Shown here piece after piece: positions 49,281 through 62,500 of a DNA stretch of 64,000 nt (positions within the stretch are counted from its first letter, which is position 1; every line of letters begins with the position of its first letter). Made by a program: the position numbers and the translations under genes. This DNA is from the human T2T-CHM13v2.0 reference genome, Homo sapiens, in the NCBI RefSeq assembly GCF_009914755.1, contig NC_060925.1; one strand, written 5' to 3'. Under the pieces are notes generated by a model. That model was not told the DNA's origin and did no database searches. It saw nothing but the letters and a program-made list of their open reading frames with translations.

Positions 49281-50381
49281 TTAAGTTCTTTCTGTCCAAC
49301 AACCTCCTTCTAGGAACTATCTTCCTTCTTCCCCAGTTCATCCACATGAGTCTCCTGGACAAATAAGTCTCCTGGACAAATAGTAGCGATGTTAATCTAG
49401 GTTATGGAAACTCACATAATTTGGTTATTTACTTAGTAACTATGTAATTGGTGAGGAAAGGATGATTACATTTTTCGGGCTTTCAATATGAAATTCTTTA
49501 AAAGTTTGAACAATTGGGTTACTCAGAACTAGCCAGAAACCACAACTTACAACTGTGGTGTCAAGTTCAGATCAATGTCTTGGAGTTCAAGACTGTTTTA
49601 AGGGAGGCTGCCTGGGGAAAATGTCATTAAACATTTTACCCGAATCCTCTAGATGTCCATCATAAACTCTCTCATGGAGCTTTCCTAAAGTATAGGCATT
49701 TTAATGTTTCCTGAGTAAAACAGTATTTTCTTTGATCCTTCAATAACAATTCTTGCTTGTAGCCAGTTTTCAGCACAGTGCCGGCTTCACAGATACTCAC
49801 TGAACTAAAGAAAATGGTAAAGGATGAATGTCTATTGAGCATAAAATGCGACTGAGGGAGAGGTTATATAAAAGCAATGGAAGACAGTTTCTGCTCTAGA
49901 TTTACAGTCCAACCTTACTTACATAAGTGTAAAATATTTTCTTCTTTGTTTCAGTCCCTAATATAGCTATTTTGCTCTAGGAATTAGCATTTCCTCCACA
50001 AGAGAGAATCACTAAACTCCCTATTTCTCAATATTGTTTACGCCGTTGATTGTCCAGGTTCTCAAATTACTAAATGAAGTTGAGAGTTGGGTAAATGGTT
50101 GAGCGGTTCAAGTATCTTAAGTAAAAACTAAGTGGCCAATTGTTGTTGTGCTCAGGGTTGGCCTGGGACTGTTCACAATGGTCACAGGTTTACAAATTTT
50201 TAAAAACCTGCGTGTGACATGCTTTCCAGGTCCTTTGTCAAAACGTCCGTCTGACCCTGACTTTTGTGTGGCTTCAAATGTGCGTTTGCAATGTGTAGAC
50301 AAATTCCAACTCAGAGTTCCAAGAGGTAAGCCAAGCTCTGTGTGGCAGCAAGGCTTATCAAGAGCGAGGCTAAGGGGTGAA

Positions 50382-50385
<4 letters not shown>

Positions 50386-50439
<54 letters not shown>
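50386..50439. repeat. Compound (TG)n(AG)n microsatellite
   Basis: Visible directly, about 0.65 kb upstream of the SYT14 ATG. Confidence 0.95.
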
Positions 50440-50630
50440 CCACTGCTGTGCTCAGGATTCCTCTCTCCTTTTTGCTTTTTGCCAACTAGCTGTTTCTCCA
50501 CAGCGGAGATCTGAGACGAGTATGTGGCTGATTCGGGCAAAACAAAACAAAATAAAACCAAACGAAACCAAAACAGACTTACTATTACCAAATCTGAGAG
50601 TCAGTGGGTGGGAATCCTTTTCAACCAAGG

Positions 50631-50651
50631 AGACCTGTCCATGGTCCTGAC
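50631..50651 (-). promoter_or_regulatory. RE1/NRSE (REST binding) motif
   Basis: Reverse complement GTCAGGACCATGGACAGGTCT vs consensus TTCAGCACCACGGACAGCGCC; both half-sites present with canonical spacing. Confidence 0.65.
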
Positions 50652-50679
50652 CACATCATTTGCCACTCGCCTCCTTCAT

Positions 50680-51560
50680 GGACACCGTTTGCTCCAAGTA
50701 CCGGACGGGAGGGCGCCCGGCGCCAGGAAGCTTGGGCTTGGGCCCCCACACGAGCTCGGCGCGCTTCGGGCGGGTCTCGGGCGCGGGCCCGTGGCTCTCC
50801 GGGCCGGGCACCTGTTTCGAATCGAGGCGCGAGGCGCGGTGGGGCGGTGGGGTGGGGTGGGGTAGGTTGGGGTGGGGGCGGGGTGGCGTCACGTGCCAGC
50901 GGCGGCCCCGGGAAGGTTCCATTTCTTCCGCGGCCCGCACTCGCGGCGCTCGGGGCCCCTCCCTCGCCCCGCCCGCGGCGCCCCTCGCGGCCGCACAGCC
51001 GGGCGACTCCGGGCCGGGCCCCGCCCCTCTCGCTGGCGGACTCAGCGCGTCCTCCGCCAGCCCTCGCGTCTGCTGCCCCCGCCATCCAGTTGGTGCGGTC
51101 CATGGCGAGCGCATCATGGCGATTGAAGGTAAGTGGAGGCTGACAGCGGGGAGCGAGGACCGGGACCACCCAGCTGGCGGGGGGCTCGGAGGTGCGCCGG
51201 CAGGCCGAGGCGCTGACGGGGCCGCCTCCTGTGGTCTGAAGCCGGCTGAAGACGCGCGGGGGTCCTGGCCGCGTCTCGGGAGGCGGGTGGGCGGAGCGGC
51301 GCCGCTGGGACGCCGGGCCCGACTGGCTCGCTCGCCCCGGCCTTCGTGGTTTTGCCGGCCTCCCGGCGGCCGCACGCGGGGCAAAGCGGGCTGGCGGGCA
51401 GGTACAGCGTCCGGGCCGCCGCCTCCTGCCGGCCGCGCGGAGTGGAGGTCGGGGTGAGGCCCTGCAGACCCCACGGGACGGGCTGGGAGGAGCGAGGGGC
51501 CACGGGGGGCTCAGGCTGCCCTTTCTTTTCTTTCCCCGGCCGCGGCAAACCATCCTTCCG
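50680..51560 (+). promoter_or_regulatory. SYT14: CpG island promoter of SYT14
   Basis: Very high GC and CpG density; GC boxes; CGTCACGTG (half-CRE + E-box) at 50887-50895; spans exon 1 and its donor. Confidence 0.9.
51116..51128 (+). CDS. SYT14: Synaptotagmin-14 first coding exon (MAIE-G, phase 1); intron 1 runs to the end of the window
   Basis: atcATGG strong Kozak, ATG GCG ATT GAA G followed by consensus donor AG|GTAAGT; matches the recalled SYT14 N-terminus MAIEGGERT; only 13 coding nt are visible. Confidence 0.8.
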
Positions 51561-53389
51561 CAATACCCACCTTCCTGCCAAACTGAGAGTCCAGTTTTTT
51601 GTCCCATTCCTAACCCTTCCCTGTGCCCGCTCGGGCTGATGCTGGGTTACACTCTCTGCCCGTTCCCCTTCTGTTTGCTGTTGTAGGGGGTCCAGGAAAT
51701 TTGGGGTTAGGTTAATTTCCTCCTCAAGTGGTTTTGTTCCCCGCCAACACTCAAAACTGTTTTTCTCCATGAAAAGAAGTAAATAACGTCTTTACAACAA
51801 GCACACATTCTTAGAATCCTGCAAATACCAGTCTATGAAGTGTTATAGTGCCACAATGCTCATATTTCGAAAAACAGCTTAATAAAAATTAAGTTCCTAG
51901 ATAAGGTAGTTGACACTAAAGTGTATTTTTCTCTTGTTCCAGAAACATGTAACTGGGACCAAGTGTCTATATTTTGCCTTGTTTTTAAGGAAGAGATTGT
52001 GAGAATTAATTTCACACGTCTAGGATATTTATGTGAAAGATTACATCTTCCAGGCCCTGTCTCTTAGATTAACTCAAACAGTGAAAGTAATTTGTAAATT
52101 TTCCCTGTGTGTGTATATTCATCTGTGCAGCTGTGCAAGGTACCTATAGCTATATCATTATTTCTCTACATTGAAAGTGTGTTCCTAAGTAAAACTTTTT
52201 AAAGCGTTTCCCTTCTAAGTGATCAATCACTGGTAGTATGCATCTCTGGGGACTTCTTTTTGTCGGATCATGTGGACTCCAAAGTAGAGTTAGCTGTGTG
52301 TTTACATGTAGCTTATTTATTTAAGAGAGGGAGTACCTATTGTATGCAAGACACATTCAGACAGTTTCAAATGTCTGCTTGAGTTAAAATGGTGGGGAAT
52401 AAGATCTACCTATAATCTATGATGTTCCTGTTATCTGCAGCAGTACTTTCAACATTTGTTTCCCTCACTGTCCTTTTACCAAAGGTTAAAAATCAAGAAA
52501 CCAAACCCACTGATTTATGTTGTGTACTTTATTTTCCCAACTAGTTTGTGGTAGAGTTTCTTGTGAAGCCGTGAAACTCTACCACACTACCACACTACCA
52601 CACCACGTGAAAGTAGAAAGGTTTAGGCAGAGCATGAGGAAAATCCTTCAGGCAGATGCCATTCGGATATGATGCTATAACTTGTAATTTCTTAAAATCT
52701 TTTCAGTTTTTTCCGTTTTTTCTTAGTTCTTCCTTTCTTTCTACTGGCAGTTAAGTGTTACTGATTCATTTTCCATGTCACCTGATGGCATTTTACTCTG
52801 CCTACTGCTTAACATGTTTGAAGAATAAGATTTTTTAAATCCTCACATTCTAGAGATTCTTCTGTGTTTGAGATACTCTCATAAATATTTTCATACTGAA
52901 GCATTTGCTTAAGTTTTCATAATACAAAGATCAGGAATTATATCTTTTCTAGTTTGGCAAAGAAACTGTAATTAATATTAGCACTTCAGATAAAGATGGC
53001 AGTTCGAATTAGCCTAACTGTGCTCCTTATCACATAGTAAAATAGATTCATTATGCACACCCTTCCTAGGCTGTGTTATGAAGTAGAATGAGTTCTGCAT
53101 GAGACTCTGTACTAAGGACATCTTAAAAATTTAGGGGCCCAAAAGGGCGTCTCATCTTTTCAGTAAAGTGTTTCTTAAAACATTCAGTTTCTTCATTCAC
53201 CTATTAATTCAGTAGACCTTTTTTTTTTTTGTACAATAGCTGTATACAATGTTCATTGCTAGATTCCATGGGGCCAAAAAGATAAGTAAGACTATAACCC
53301 TTCTCTCAAAGAGTTCATGTTCTATTCGGAGAGACAGATAATTTTAAACATGCAATTACAGTGTAGTGTGAATGCTAAGAGATGGATCA

Positions 53390-53980
53390 TCTTTCCTTTG
53401 TATAAAAACATTCAATGATGATGGGTCTAACACTGTTTTTTGGCAGTAATTCTTATATTCATAAGGTCTTTGTATTTGGCCGAATATCTGCCATTCAGTA
53501 ACGTCTGTCTACCCATCCTAGTTTTGCTTTCTGTAGCAATAAATTAAAAGCCCACTATTCTCTCTATATATGATATCCCTTCTGCCATTTGAAGACAGCT
53601 CTAGAGTGTTTTCTAGATAAAATATCCACTTCCCTCCTCTGGATGATCTGTAGTTGTATGTTTTAAAATTTGGAATATAGTAGTGGGCCATTTCATTCCA
53701 GTTATACTGTTGAATAGCATACATCAAAACTGTTATACCACTCCTTCACTTATGTGTAATCCTATTAATATAGCTTAACATTAGAATAGGTTTTTTTGGA
53801 GCTTCATGTTGGCACAGAGCGAGGCTGTAATCAACTAAAACCACAGTCTCTTTTAGCTTGACTACTCCCTTGCTTAGCTAACCAATGTTTTGAACTGAAC
53901 AGATCGTTTATATCTGTTAAGCATACTCTTATTAGCTATGGCCCAGTGTTTTAGCCCTTGAGTCTAGACTTTTAAGTACT
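53390..53980 (-). mobile_element. Probable L3/CR1 remnant
   Basis: Degenerate similarity to the CR1 piece at ~39.1-39.5 kb (cccatcctagttttgct..., gccatttgaagacagct...ttttctagataaaata, tcaactaaaacc). Confidence 0.4.
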
Positions 53981-54634
53981 AAGGATTGTTTTCATTTTCT
54001 TCTCTGTGTAAACCTATTTTATAACACAAAATTATTTCTACTAAGTAATCATTCATTTCCTCCTTTTATCAGTCAGATGTGTAACTATTAATCAAAAAAA
54101 GAGACAAATATAAGATGATAGAGTTACCACATGGAGCTAACATAATTCCAGTCAGCAGTAAAGAAGTTAGGCTATATTAGGCAAAGTTACAATTTTTGAA
54201 AGGCATTTTGAAATATTGACAATAGTTACACATCCTTACTGTTGGCCCAGTGATCTGGCAATACCAGGTTGGGAATCATTGTTGTAGCCTAGCCTATGAA
54301 GTGATGTAATTGCTATCCAGCATATTAATTCTTCTAGTGTTGGCCTCTGTTAATCTGATAGCGTTGACACTTTTTTGTTGTATTTGAAATTTCCTCCTCT
54401 CTTGATTACATATTTCTCAGTTTTGTCTTAATTTACCTGACCTAATGTTCTAGTGGCTTCCATTCTTGACCCTGTTGCCATTGTCTGCTTTATACACATT
54501 GCCGTAATTGCACGCATTGAACAATTTAGTAATCACTTATTTACAAATTTGTTTCTCCTGTCCGACTGTAAATTTCTAGAGGTTAATGTCTTATTCATTT
54601 TTGTACCCCTTAGGTTTTGTATAGTACCTGAATA

Positions 54635-54964
54635 CAGTTGTCCCTTGGTAACCGTGGGGGAGATTGGTTCCAGGTCCCCTGGAGATACTAAAATTTAAGA
54701 ATGATCAAGTTCTTTATATCATATGGCATAATATTTGCATATAACTTATGCACATCCTCCCATATACTTTAAATCATCTCCAGTCTACTTGTAATACCTA
54801 CTATAATGTAAATGCTATGTAAATAGTTCTTTAGGGAATAATGACAAGAAAAAAAGTCTGTACATATTCAGTACACATACAACCACTGTAGGCCTAACTA
54901 CGTTTTCCATGCACGGTTAGTTAAATCCATAGATGCTGAACCTGTGGATATGGGGGGCCAATTG
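54635..54964. mobile_element. MER2 (TcMar-Tigger MITE)
   Basis: ta|cagttgtcccttggta...ggccaattg|ta. Confidence 0.82.
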
Positions 54965-56104
54965 TATTTTGTATGATCTCAAGCCAAGTTTCTATGCATT
55001 GTTTCGTGGAATTCTGAACATCGTCATCATAAATTATGCCATTGTCCAGAAGCGTATTTCTAACACAGAATTTTCCTGACTTATATTTCCAAATAGTAGC
55101 TAGATACTTTCACATGGATGTCCTCGGCAATCCAAAATGTTAAGCTTAGGATATTCAGAATGTCCCAAAGTTGTCATCACAGCCACCAAATCCAGCCTCC
55201 ATGCAAATTTACCCCCCCCCCCGCTCTGTTGTGCAGATTTACCATCTGAGAGGCATTTTTAAGTAACCAGGAATCTGAGTTAAAAACCTGGACAACAACC
55301 TTGCATTATAGTTCACCTCCCACATCTGTTGATAACTAAGTCCTGCCAAGTCTACAATTCAAATCAATTTGTGCTGCTTGGTGTCTTCACTTTAGTTTAT
55401 GCCCTTATCGCTCATTAAGAGACTTGCATTAATTTCCTAAGTAGTCTCATTTCCAGTGTTAAGTTTCCTTCCAATTCATTTTCCAAGTTAGTGCTAGTTA
55501 TCTTCATATTGCAAAATGCAAATCTGAGTTTCTTAAAACCTCAAGATAAGGCTGGTCCTTAATGATCTAACTTCCTTCCTTCATCCGGTCCACATTTTTC
55601 TTTCTCTTCCATAAGAGTATCAGAAGACTCTGCAAACTGTTTTGCCAAAGTAAAAAATAAACACTTGTTACGTTGCTGTATTAACTTTACTTAACTTCTC
55701 TGGGTAACATTTTTTAAAAATGTAGAATAAGGTTAAACTAGTGAGAATCTATGTGTGTGTTTGTATATGTGTGTGTGTGTATATAGTGCATTTACTTCTA
55801 TTAATAATGTACCTTATAGTTTGCTACATACATATATTGTATTTTTAAAATAATGAGAAGAATACTGAGATGTTCTTTAAGGTTTCTTTTGGCTCTAAGA
55901 TTTCTAAGGCAAAATTTAGACTTTCAAAAGCCATTTGAAATATTCAGTTAAAAAACCCAATAGATTTACTTTTGAATAATTTACAGTTTATTCAAGGTTA
56001 CTTTTCTAACCGACTACACAAAATTAGAAACACTTAGCGAACATTAGAGACACAGTGGTATTTTATTTTTTGTTGTTTTAAGGTTGTATTAGAATGCAGC
56101 AGTG

Positions 56105-56357
56105 TACTTTGGTAGGCCGAGGCGGGCAGATCAGTTGAAGTCAGGAGTTTTGAGACCAGCCTGGCCAACATGGTGAAACCTTGTCTCTACTAAAAATACA
56201 AAACTTAGCTGGGTGTAGTGGCGCATACCTGTAGTCCCAGCTACTGGGGAGGCTGAGGCAGGAGAATCACCTAAACCCGGGAACCCGGGAGACTGAGCAG
56301 TGAGTCAAGATCGTGCCACTGCACTTCAGCCTGGACAACAGAGCGAGATTCAATCTC

Positions 56358-56384
<27 letters not shown>
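56105..56384 (+). mobile_element. AluS, slightly 5'-truncated
   Basis: 14-bp TSD agaatgcagcagtg at 56091 and 56385; long poly(A). Confidence 0.92.
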
Positions 56385-56388
<4 letters not shown>

Positions 56389-58658
56389 TGCAGCAGTGCA
56401 TGCCAATGGGGAAAGCAGAGAGAACCATATACTGGCTTAATTTATACAATTTGTTATTTGTTGAGTAATACTATTTGCATTATCAGTTTATTTGAAAATA
56501 TTATGTTCGCACATAGTATATGTGTGGTAGTATAATAGATTGTTTTCATGAATTTTATTTCCATTTAGCTGACTTTATTCTTTTATTCTTTTCCTCTGAA
56601 TCCTAGTCGATTACTACCTAATATGAAAGTGCTTACATATGAATAATGTAAGAATGAACAAACTACTATATATAAAACATTTCACGCTTTTGAGTAAAAT
56701 GATTATATGCATATTTTGTATGTATATATAGTAATAGCTAAATTGGAACCTATCAAATTAGAACCCTTGATTTACCATTTTTTTAGAAGGGGGAAATAGT
56801 GACAACTCAGGAAGCTGTTATTAGGAGTTTATGAACAAATTTCTAAGAGCCACACATATATTCAGAACAATTTCTTATTTTCACATTTTTAGGACTATAT
56901 TAGAATTGGTATTCAAGATATTATTTTGAGTCATCATGAGATAGAAGTTTTAATGAATATTAAATTATCTTCAGTATTCTGAACTTAATGCAGTAATGCA
57001 TATTAGTAGCTTTAAAAAATGATCTGGTGCAGAAGTAAAAAAAAGGTTTTGTTTTATTGTCAGTTGACTAGAAAATTCACTTAAGTAGAATTTTTTGTGA
57101 GCACATACTTAAGGTTTTATTGTGTTACGTTAATGAGCATCTGGCAGTCAAAAACGTAATTGACTAAACGGATTGAATTAAAGAGTAGCTCAAAAGTTGG
57201 AAAAAAGGATTAATTTGTGAACAGTAATTTAATTTTATAAGATAAAATTTATACCTCTTAGAAAAGACTATTGAATAAATTCATAGGAACTTATGTGGAT
57301 CAAATGAGATACCATATTTAGCATGCTTTGTAAATTATAAAGTGCTCTGAGATATTGTTGTCAATAAGATCTAGTTTATTTTATGTGATGCTGGAGGGGT
57401 AGTATGTGTTTCAAAGTGTAGGCTGCTATTTAGTAGAAATATCATAGATGAAATGAGTTTGTAAAAGTATAGAAAGGACTTGACTTTTTCAGACTATTTT
57501 AATTCTACAGTAATTGCATAGCAACAGCAAAAAGTAAAGGAATTCCAATTTGGGAGGATAACTCCCAGAGGGTTGGAGGCCTGAAGTTTTTTGTTTTTTT
57601 TTTCCCTCTCTTTTTTAAAGAAAAAATTCAAAAAAGAGGACAGGTTAAGAAGTATGAGAAAGTTAAACATTTATTTTGGAATATTTACATGGGAGAATGC
57701 TTGAAATTCAATGATAACTGTAGAAGAGAAGAAAACATCTCCAGAGCCTGAATTTCTTTGAATTTTATGTTCTACTTGGTGAAGAATGCAAAGGGAATTA
57801 ACCTTTTTTGGGTGCTTGCCATGGGCCAGGCAACATATATTCATTTTCTCAATCATGAATAGCACTGCTTCTCCCTCTCTTGTCTGCAGCAGACATCTGT
57901 TTTATTAAGACATCTTTTTTCCTGCCAGTTGTGGACTTGGTTTCAGAATCCTTGGCAACACTACCCTCCACCCCCACTCCAGCAGCTACTCCCAATCCAT
58001 CAGAATTAGTATACAAGATGAAAGCTATTTTCTGTCCTGAGGTTATTATTACTATTTTATAAATTACTTTAGCTATTATTTTTACTTACTCCAAAGGTTA
58101 AGTAACAAGCACAGGTTTGCAAAGACAGTACTAGGTGACGCTGAGTTTAGAATTGAAGTCTGACTCAATTCAGAAGCAATGATCTTTATGTAACACTGTG
58201 TTTTAAATTGGTGACCAAAATTGGTATTATTCCTTGAATGGTCTAATTAGGGACAAAACTAAAAGATGTCTAGAGGGTAGTGACGATGGTCTAAGTGGAT
58301 TAAATTGGTTGGGGGGAGTTGCATTAGTAGTTTCATGCTTATGATGTACAGTGTAGGTGTCTGCATAAGGATTAGCTATAAAAGAGTTTATAAATGTAAG
58401 CTAGGTGATCATTTAAAGGCTCTGACTAATGCATGTGCTTTGGAGAAGAATCTTTAGATGAGATGGAATTTAAGACATTTCTAAAGTAGCCTTTCAGTGT
58501 TTGACCAAGAAGAAATAAGTAGAACCTGTAAATTGTGGTGATTTAGGCTAATGATCAGAATAAACATGGTAGACAAAAAAATACAGTTGATTTTGAAAAG
58601 GACTCTTAGATCCATTTTAAAGGAACTAAATTTTGCGGTTTAATTCCATTTTTGTGTA

Positions 58659-61024
58659 CAGGCATACCTCCTTGCACTTCATTTTGTTGTAAATTCACAA
58701 ATTTGCATTTTTTACAAATTGAAAGTTTGTGGCAACTCTGTTGAATGAATCTATTGGCACAATTTTTTCAACAGCATGTGCTCACCTTGTGTCTCTGTGT
58801 CACGTTTTGGTAATTCTTGTTATATTTGAAACTTTTTCATTATTGTTATATTTGTTATGATGATCTGTGATCAGTGATCTTTGATGCTACTGTTGTAATT
58901 GTTTTGGGCGCTACGAGCCATGCCAATATAAGATGGCAAACTTAGTTGATAAATGTTGTGTGTGTTCTGATTGTTCCACCAATCAGTTATTCCCTCAGTC
59001 TCTCTTCCTTTCCTTAGGCTTCCCTATTCCCTGAGACACAACAATTAATAACCCTACAAATGTTCAATGAAAGGAAGAGTCACATGTCTCTCACTTTAAA
59101 TCAAAAGCTAGAAATGATTAATCCTAGTGAGGAAGGCATGTTAAAAGCTGAGACTGGCCAAAAGCTAGGCCTTTTGTGCCAGTAGGTGAAGTTGTGAATG
59201 CAAAGGAAAAGTTCTTGAAGGAAATTAACAGTGCTACCTGCTGTAGTGAACACATGAGTGACAGGAAGGCTTAACAGCCTTATTGCTGATATGGAGAAGT
59301 TTGAGTGGTCTGGATGGCAGATCAAACCAGCCACCACATTCTCTAAAGCCAAAGCCTAATCCAGAGTAAGTCCCTCACTCTCTTCAATTCTGTGAATGCT
59401 GAGAGAAGTGAAGAAGCTGCAGAAGAAAAGTTGGAGGCCAGCAGAGGTTAGTTCATAAGGTTTAGAAAGAAGCTATCTCCATAACATAAAAGTGTGAGGT
59501 GAAGCAGCAAGTGCTGATAGAGAAGCTGTAGCAGGTTATCCATAAGATCTAGCTGAGATCATTGATGAAGGTGGCTACACTAAACAACAGATTTTTGTTG
59601 TAGGTGAAACAGCCTGTTAGAAGAGGATGCCATCTAAGAGTTTCATAGCTAGAGGGGAGAAGTCAATGCCTGGCTTCAAAGCTTCAAAGGACAGGCTGAC
59701 TCTCTTGTTAGGGGCTGATGCATCTGGTGACTTTAAGTGGAAGCCAGTGCCCATTGACGATTCTGAAAATCCTTGGGTTCTTAAGGATGCTAAATGTGCT
59801 CTGTGTGTGCTCTACAAATAGAAAACAGAGCCTAAAATTTTGGGGTTTTAAATGACAGAACATCTGTTTACAGCATGGTTTATTGAATATTTTGAGTCTG
59901 CTGTTGAGTCCTACTCAGAAAAAAGATGCCTTTCAAAATGTTACTGCTCATTGACAAGGCATCTGCTCACCCAGGAGCTCTGATGGAGACGTACAAGGAG
60001 ATGAAGGTTGTTTTCATGCCTGCTAATACAACATTTATTCTGCAGCTCATGGATCAAGGATTAATTAAGACTTTCAAGCTTTATTATTTAGGAAATATAT
60101 TGTGTAAGGCTGTAGCTGCCATAGATAGTGATTCCTTTGATGGACCTGGCAAAGTAAATTGAAAACTTTCTGGAAAGGATTAATCATTCTAGATGCCATT
60201 AAGAACATTTGTGATTCATTAGAGGAGGCCAAAATATCAACATTAATAGGAGTTTGGGAGAAGTTGATTCCAACTATCATGGATGACTTTGAAAGGCTCA
60301 AGACTTAAGTGGGGGAAGTCACTACAGATGAGGTGGAACTAGCAAGAGAACTAGAATTAGAAGTGGAGCCTGAATATGTGACTACATTGCTGAAATCTCA
60401 TGATAAAACTTGAACGGATGAGGAGTTGCTTATATGGATGAACAAAGTGGTTTCTTGAGGTGAAATATACTACTGGTGAAGCTGCTATGAACATTGTTGG
60501 AATGACAAAGGGTTTAGAATATTATATACACTTAGTTGATAAAGAAACTGTAGGGTTTGAGAGGACTGACTCCAGTTTTTAAAGTTCTACTGTGGGTAAA
60601 ATGCTATCAAACAGCATTGCATGCTACAGAGAAATCTTCCACGAAAGAAAGAATCCATCAGTGTGGTAAACTTCATTGTCTAATTTTAAGAAATTGCCAC
60701 AGCCACCCCAACCTTCATCATCCATTATCCTAATGGGTTCACAATCATTAACATCAAGGCGAGACCCTTCGCCAGCAAAAAGATAGGACTTGCTGAAGGC
60801 CTAGACAATCAATAATTTTTTTAGCAATAAATTATTTTTAAATTAAGATCATACATTTTTTAAGATACAATGATATTGCACACTTAATAGACTACAGTCT
60901 AGTGTAAACATAACTTTTGTATGCACTGGGAATCCAAAAAGTTTATGTGACTTGTTTTATTGCGATATACACTTTATTGCAGTGGTTGGGAGTCAAACCT
61001 GTCGATATCTCTGAGGTATACCTG
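58659..61024 (+). mobile_element. Tigger1 DNA transposon, near full length (~2.37 kb), decayed transposase
   Basis: ta|caggcatacctc...gaggtatacctg|ta TIRs with TA TSD; transposase fragments [21 protein letters not shown] and [11 protein letters not shown]...FMPANTT..LQLMDQG (pogo DDE) split by stops and frameshifts. Confidence 0.92.
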
Positions 61025-62138
61025 TACCTGGATGTATTTCGATGGGGCTGCCATGTAACTACATATTTTCCTTCTGTAAACATGTGTAAACATGTACATA
61101 TGTTGTAATGATCCTCTTGTGTATTTTTTTAAAATCCCAGTTTCCAGTTACAGTCACACTTATGTGTATATTCATACACAAACACACATGCACACAATCA
61201 CAGCACACGTGTGTGCCCACACACATCTATTTTCTCTTACACCCCTTATGCCAATTGTAGAGGATTATGCCAGTTTGCATTTTGCTCCTGCATGGGTTTG
61301 CCTGAGGGAAAAGATGGTAACTTTGACTAAGCTTGTCACTTTCTATCTGTTTCTCCTTTCCATGTTGCTGAGATGATTATTTCAAAAGCAATGCTAGTAT
61401 TATCTCCGCAAGTATAGTTTTTATGCAGTTCTATTTAAATTACCTTAAAGGATTGGAAAACAATTTCGTAACTTTCATAAAAATGAGGAAAAATCAATAT
61501 TTACTTTCCAAAATACATTAAATATAATGTTCTATTTTTTTTTCTGACAATTAACTAGTGACCTTGAGCAACTTTAACTTTTGGGCGTCTCCATTTATCT
61601 ATAAAATTATGAACTAGACAAATGTAGTTCTGAGTTCTAGTGTCTCCTGTTCTGTCATTCTAATATGGTGTCCCAGTCTTCATTTTCTTGAATAAAATTT
61701 GATGTGTGGAAAATTGTATTTATACAGGAGTTCATTTTGGGGGTGATTATTTATTTTAGTGGAAGATTAGTCTCTTCCCAAAGATACTGGCTAAGTGACC
61801 AAGTAAGCATTCCCTCTTGTGCATTACACTGTTAAAAGCAGTACACCACTTTTTGGATAACCACCACATCTAAGTCAAGGTATGTCTGCAGTGTTTTTCT
61901 TGCCTCCTGATTACAAATTTAACATTTCTTTTGGAAACTTTTCAGATTTACTTTTCAAGACAAAATAGACATAAAATTTGTACAAAGTTCAACATATCTC
62001 TAACTGAAAAAGTATTTAAGCCTTTGACTTCCAAACAGACATATACATTAAAAAATTTACATTTAACCTGGAGAATGCATGTTTTTTTCCTTATACTCCT
62101 CCCAGTCTTAGGAAGGATTGGGGATAAAAGGAACACTA

Positions 62139-62500
<362 letters not shown>

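Noticed and set aside
50604-51770. Several long overlapping ORFs (179-328 aa) on both strands
   Set aside because: Low-complexity Pro/Arg/Gly/Ala translations from stop-poor CpG island sequence; they cross the SYT14 splice donor and resemble no known protein.
59627-60162. Transposase-like ORFs as a domesticated TIGD gene
   Set aside because: Short fragments separated by stops and frameshifts within an ordinary Tigger1 fossil.
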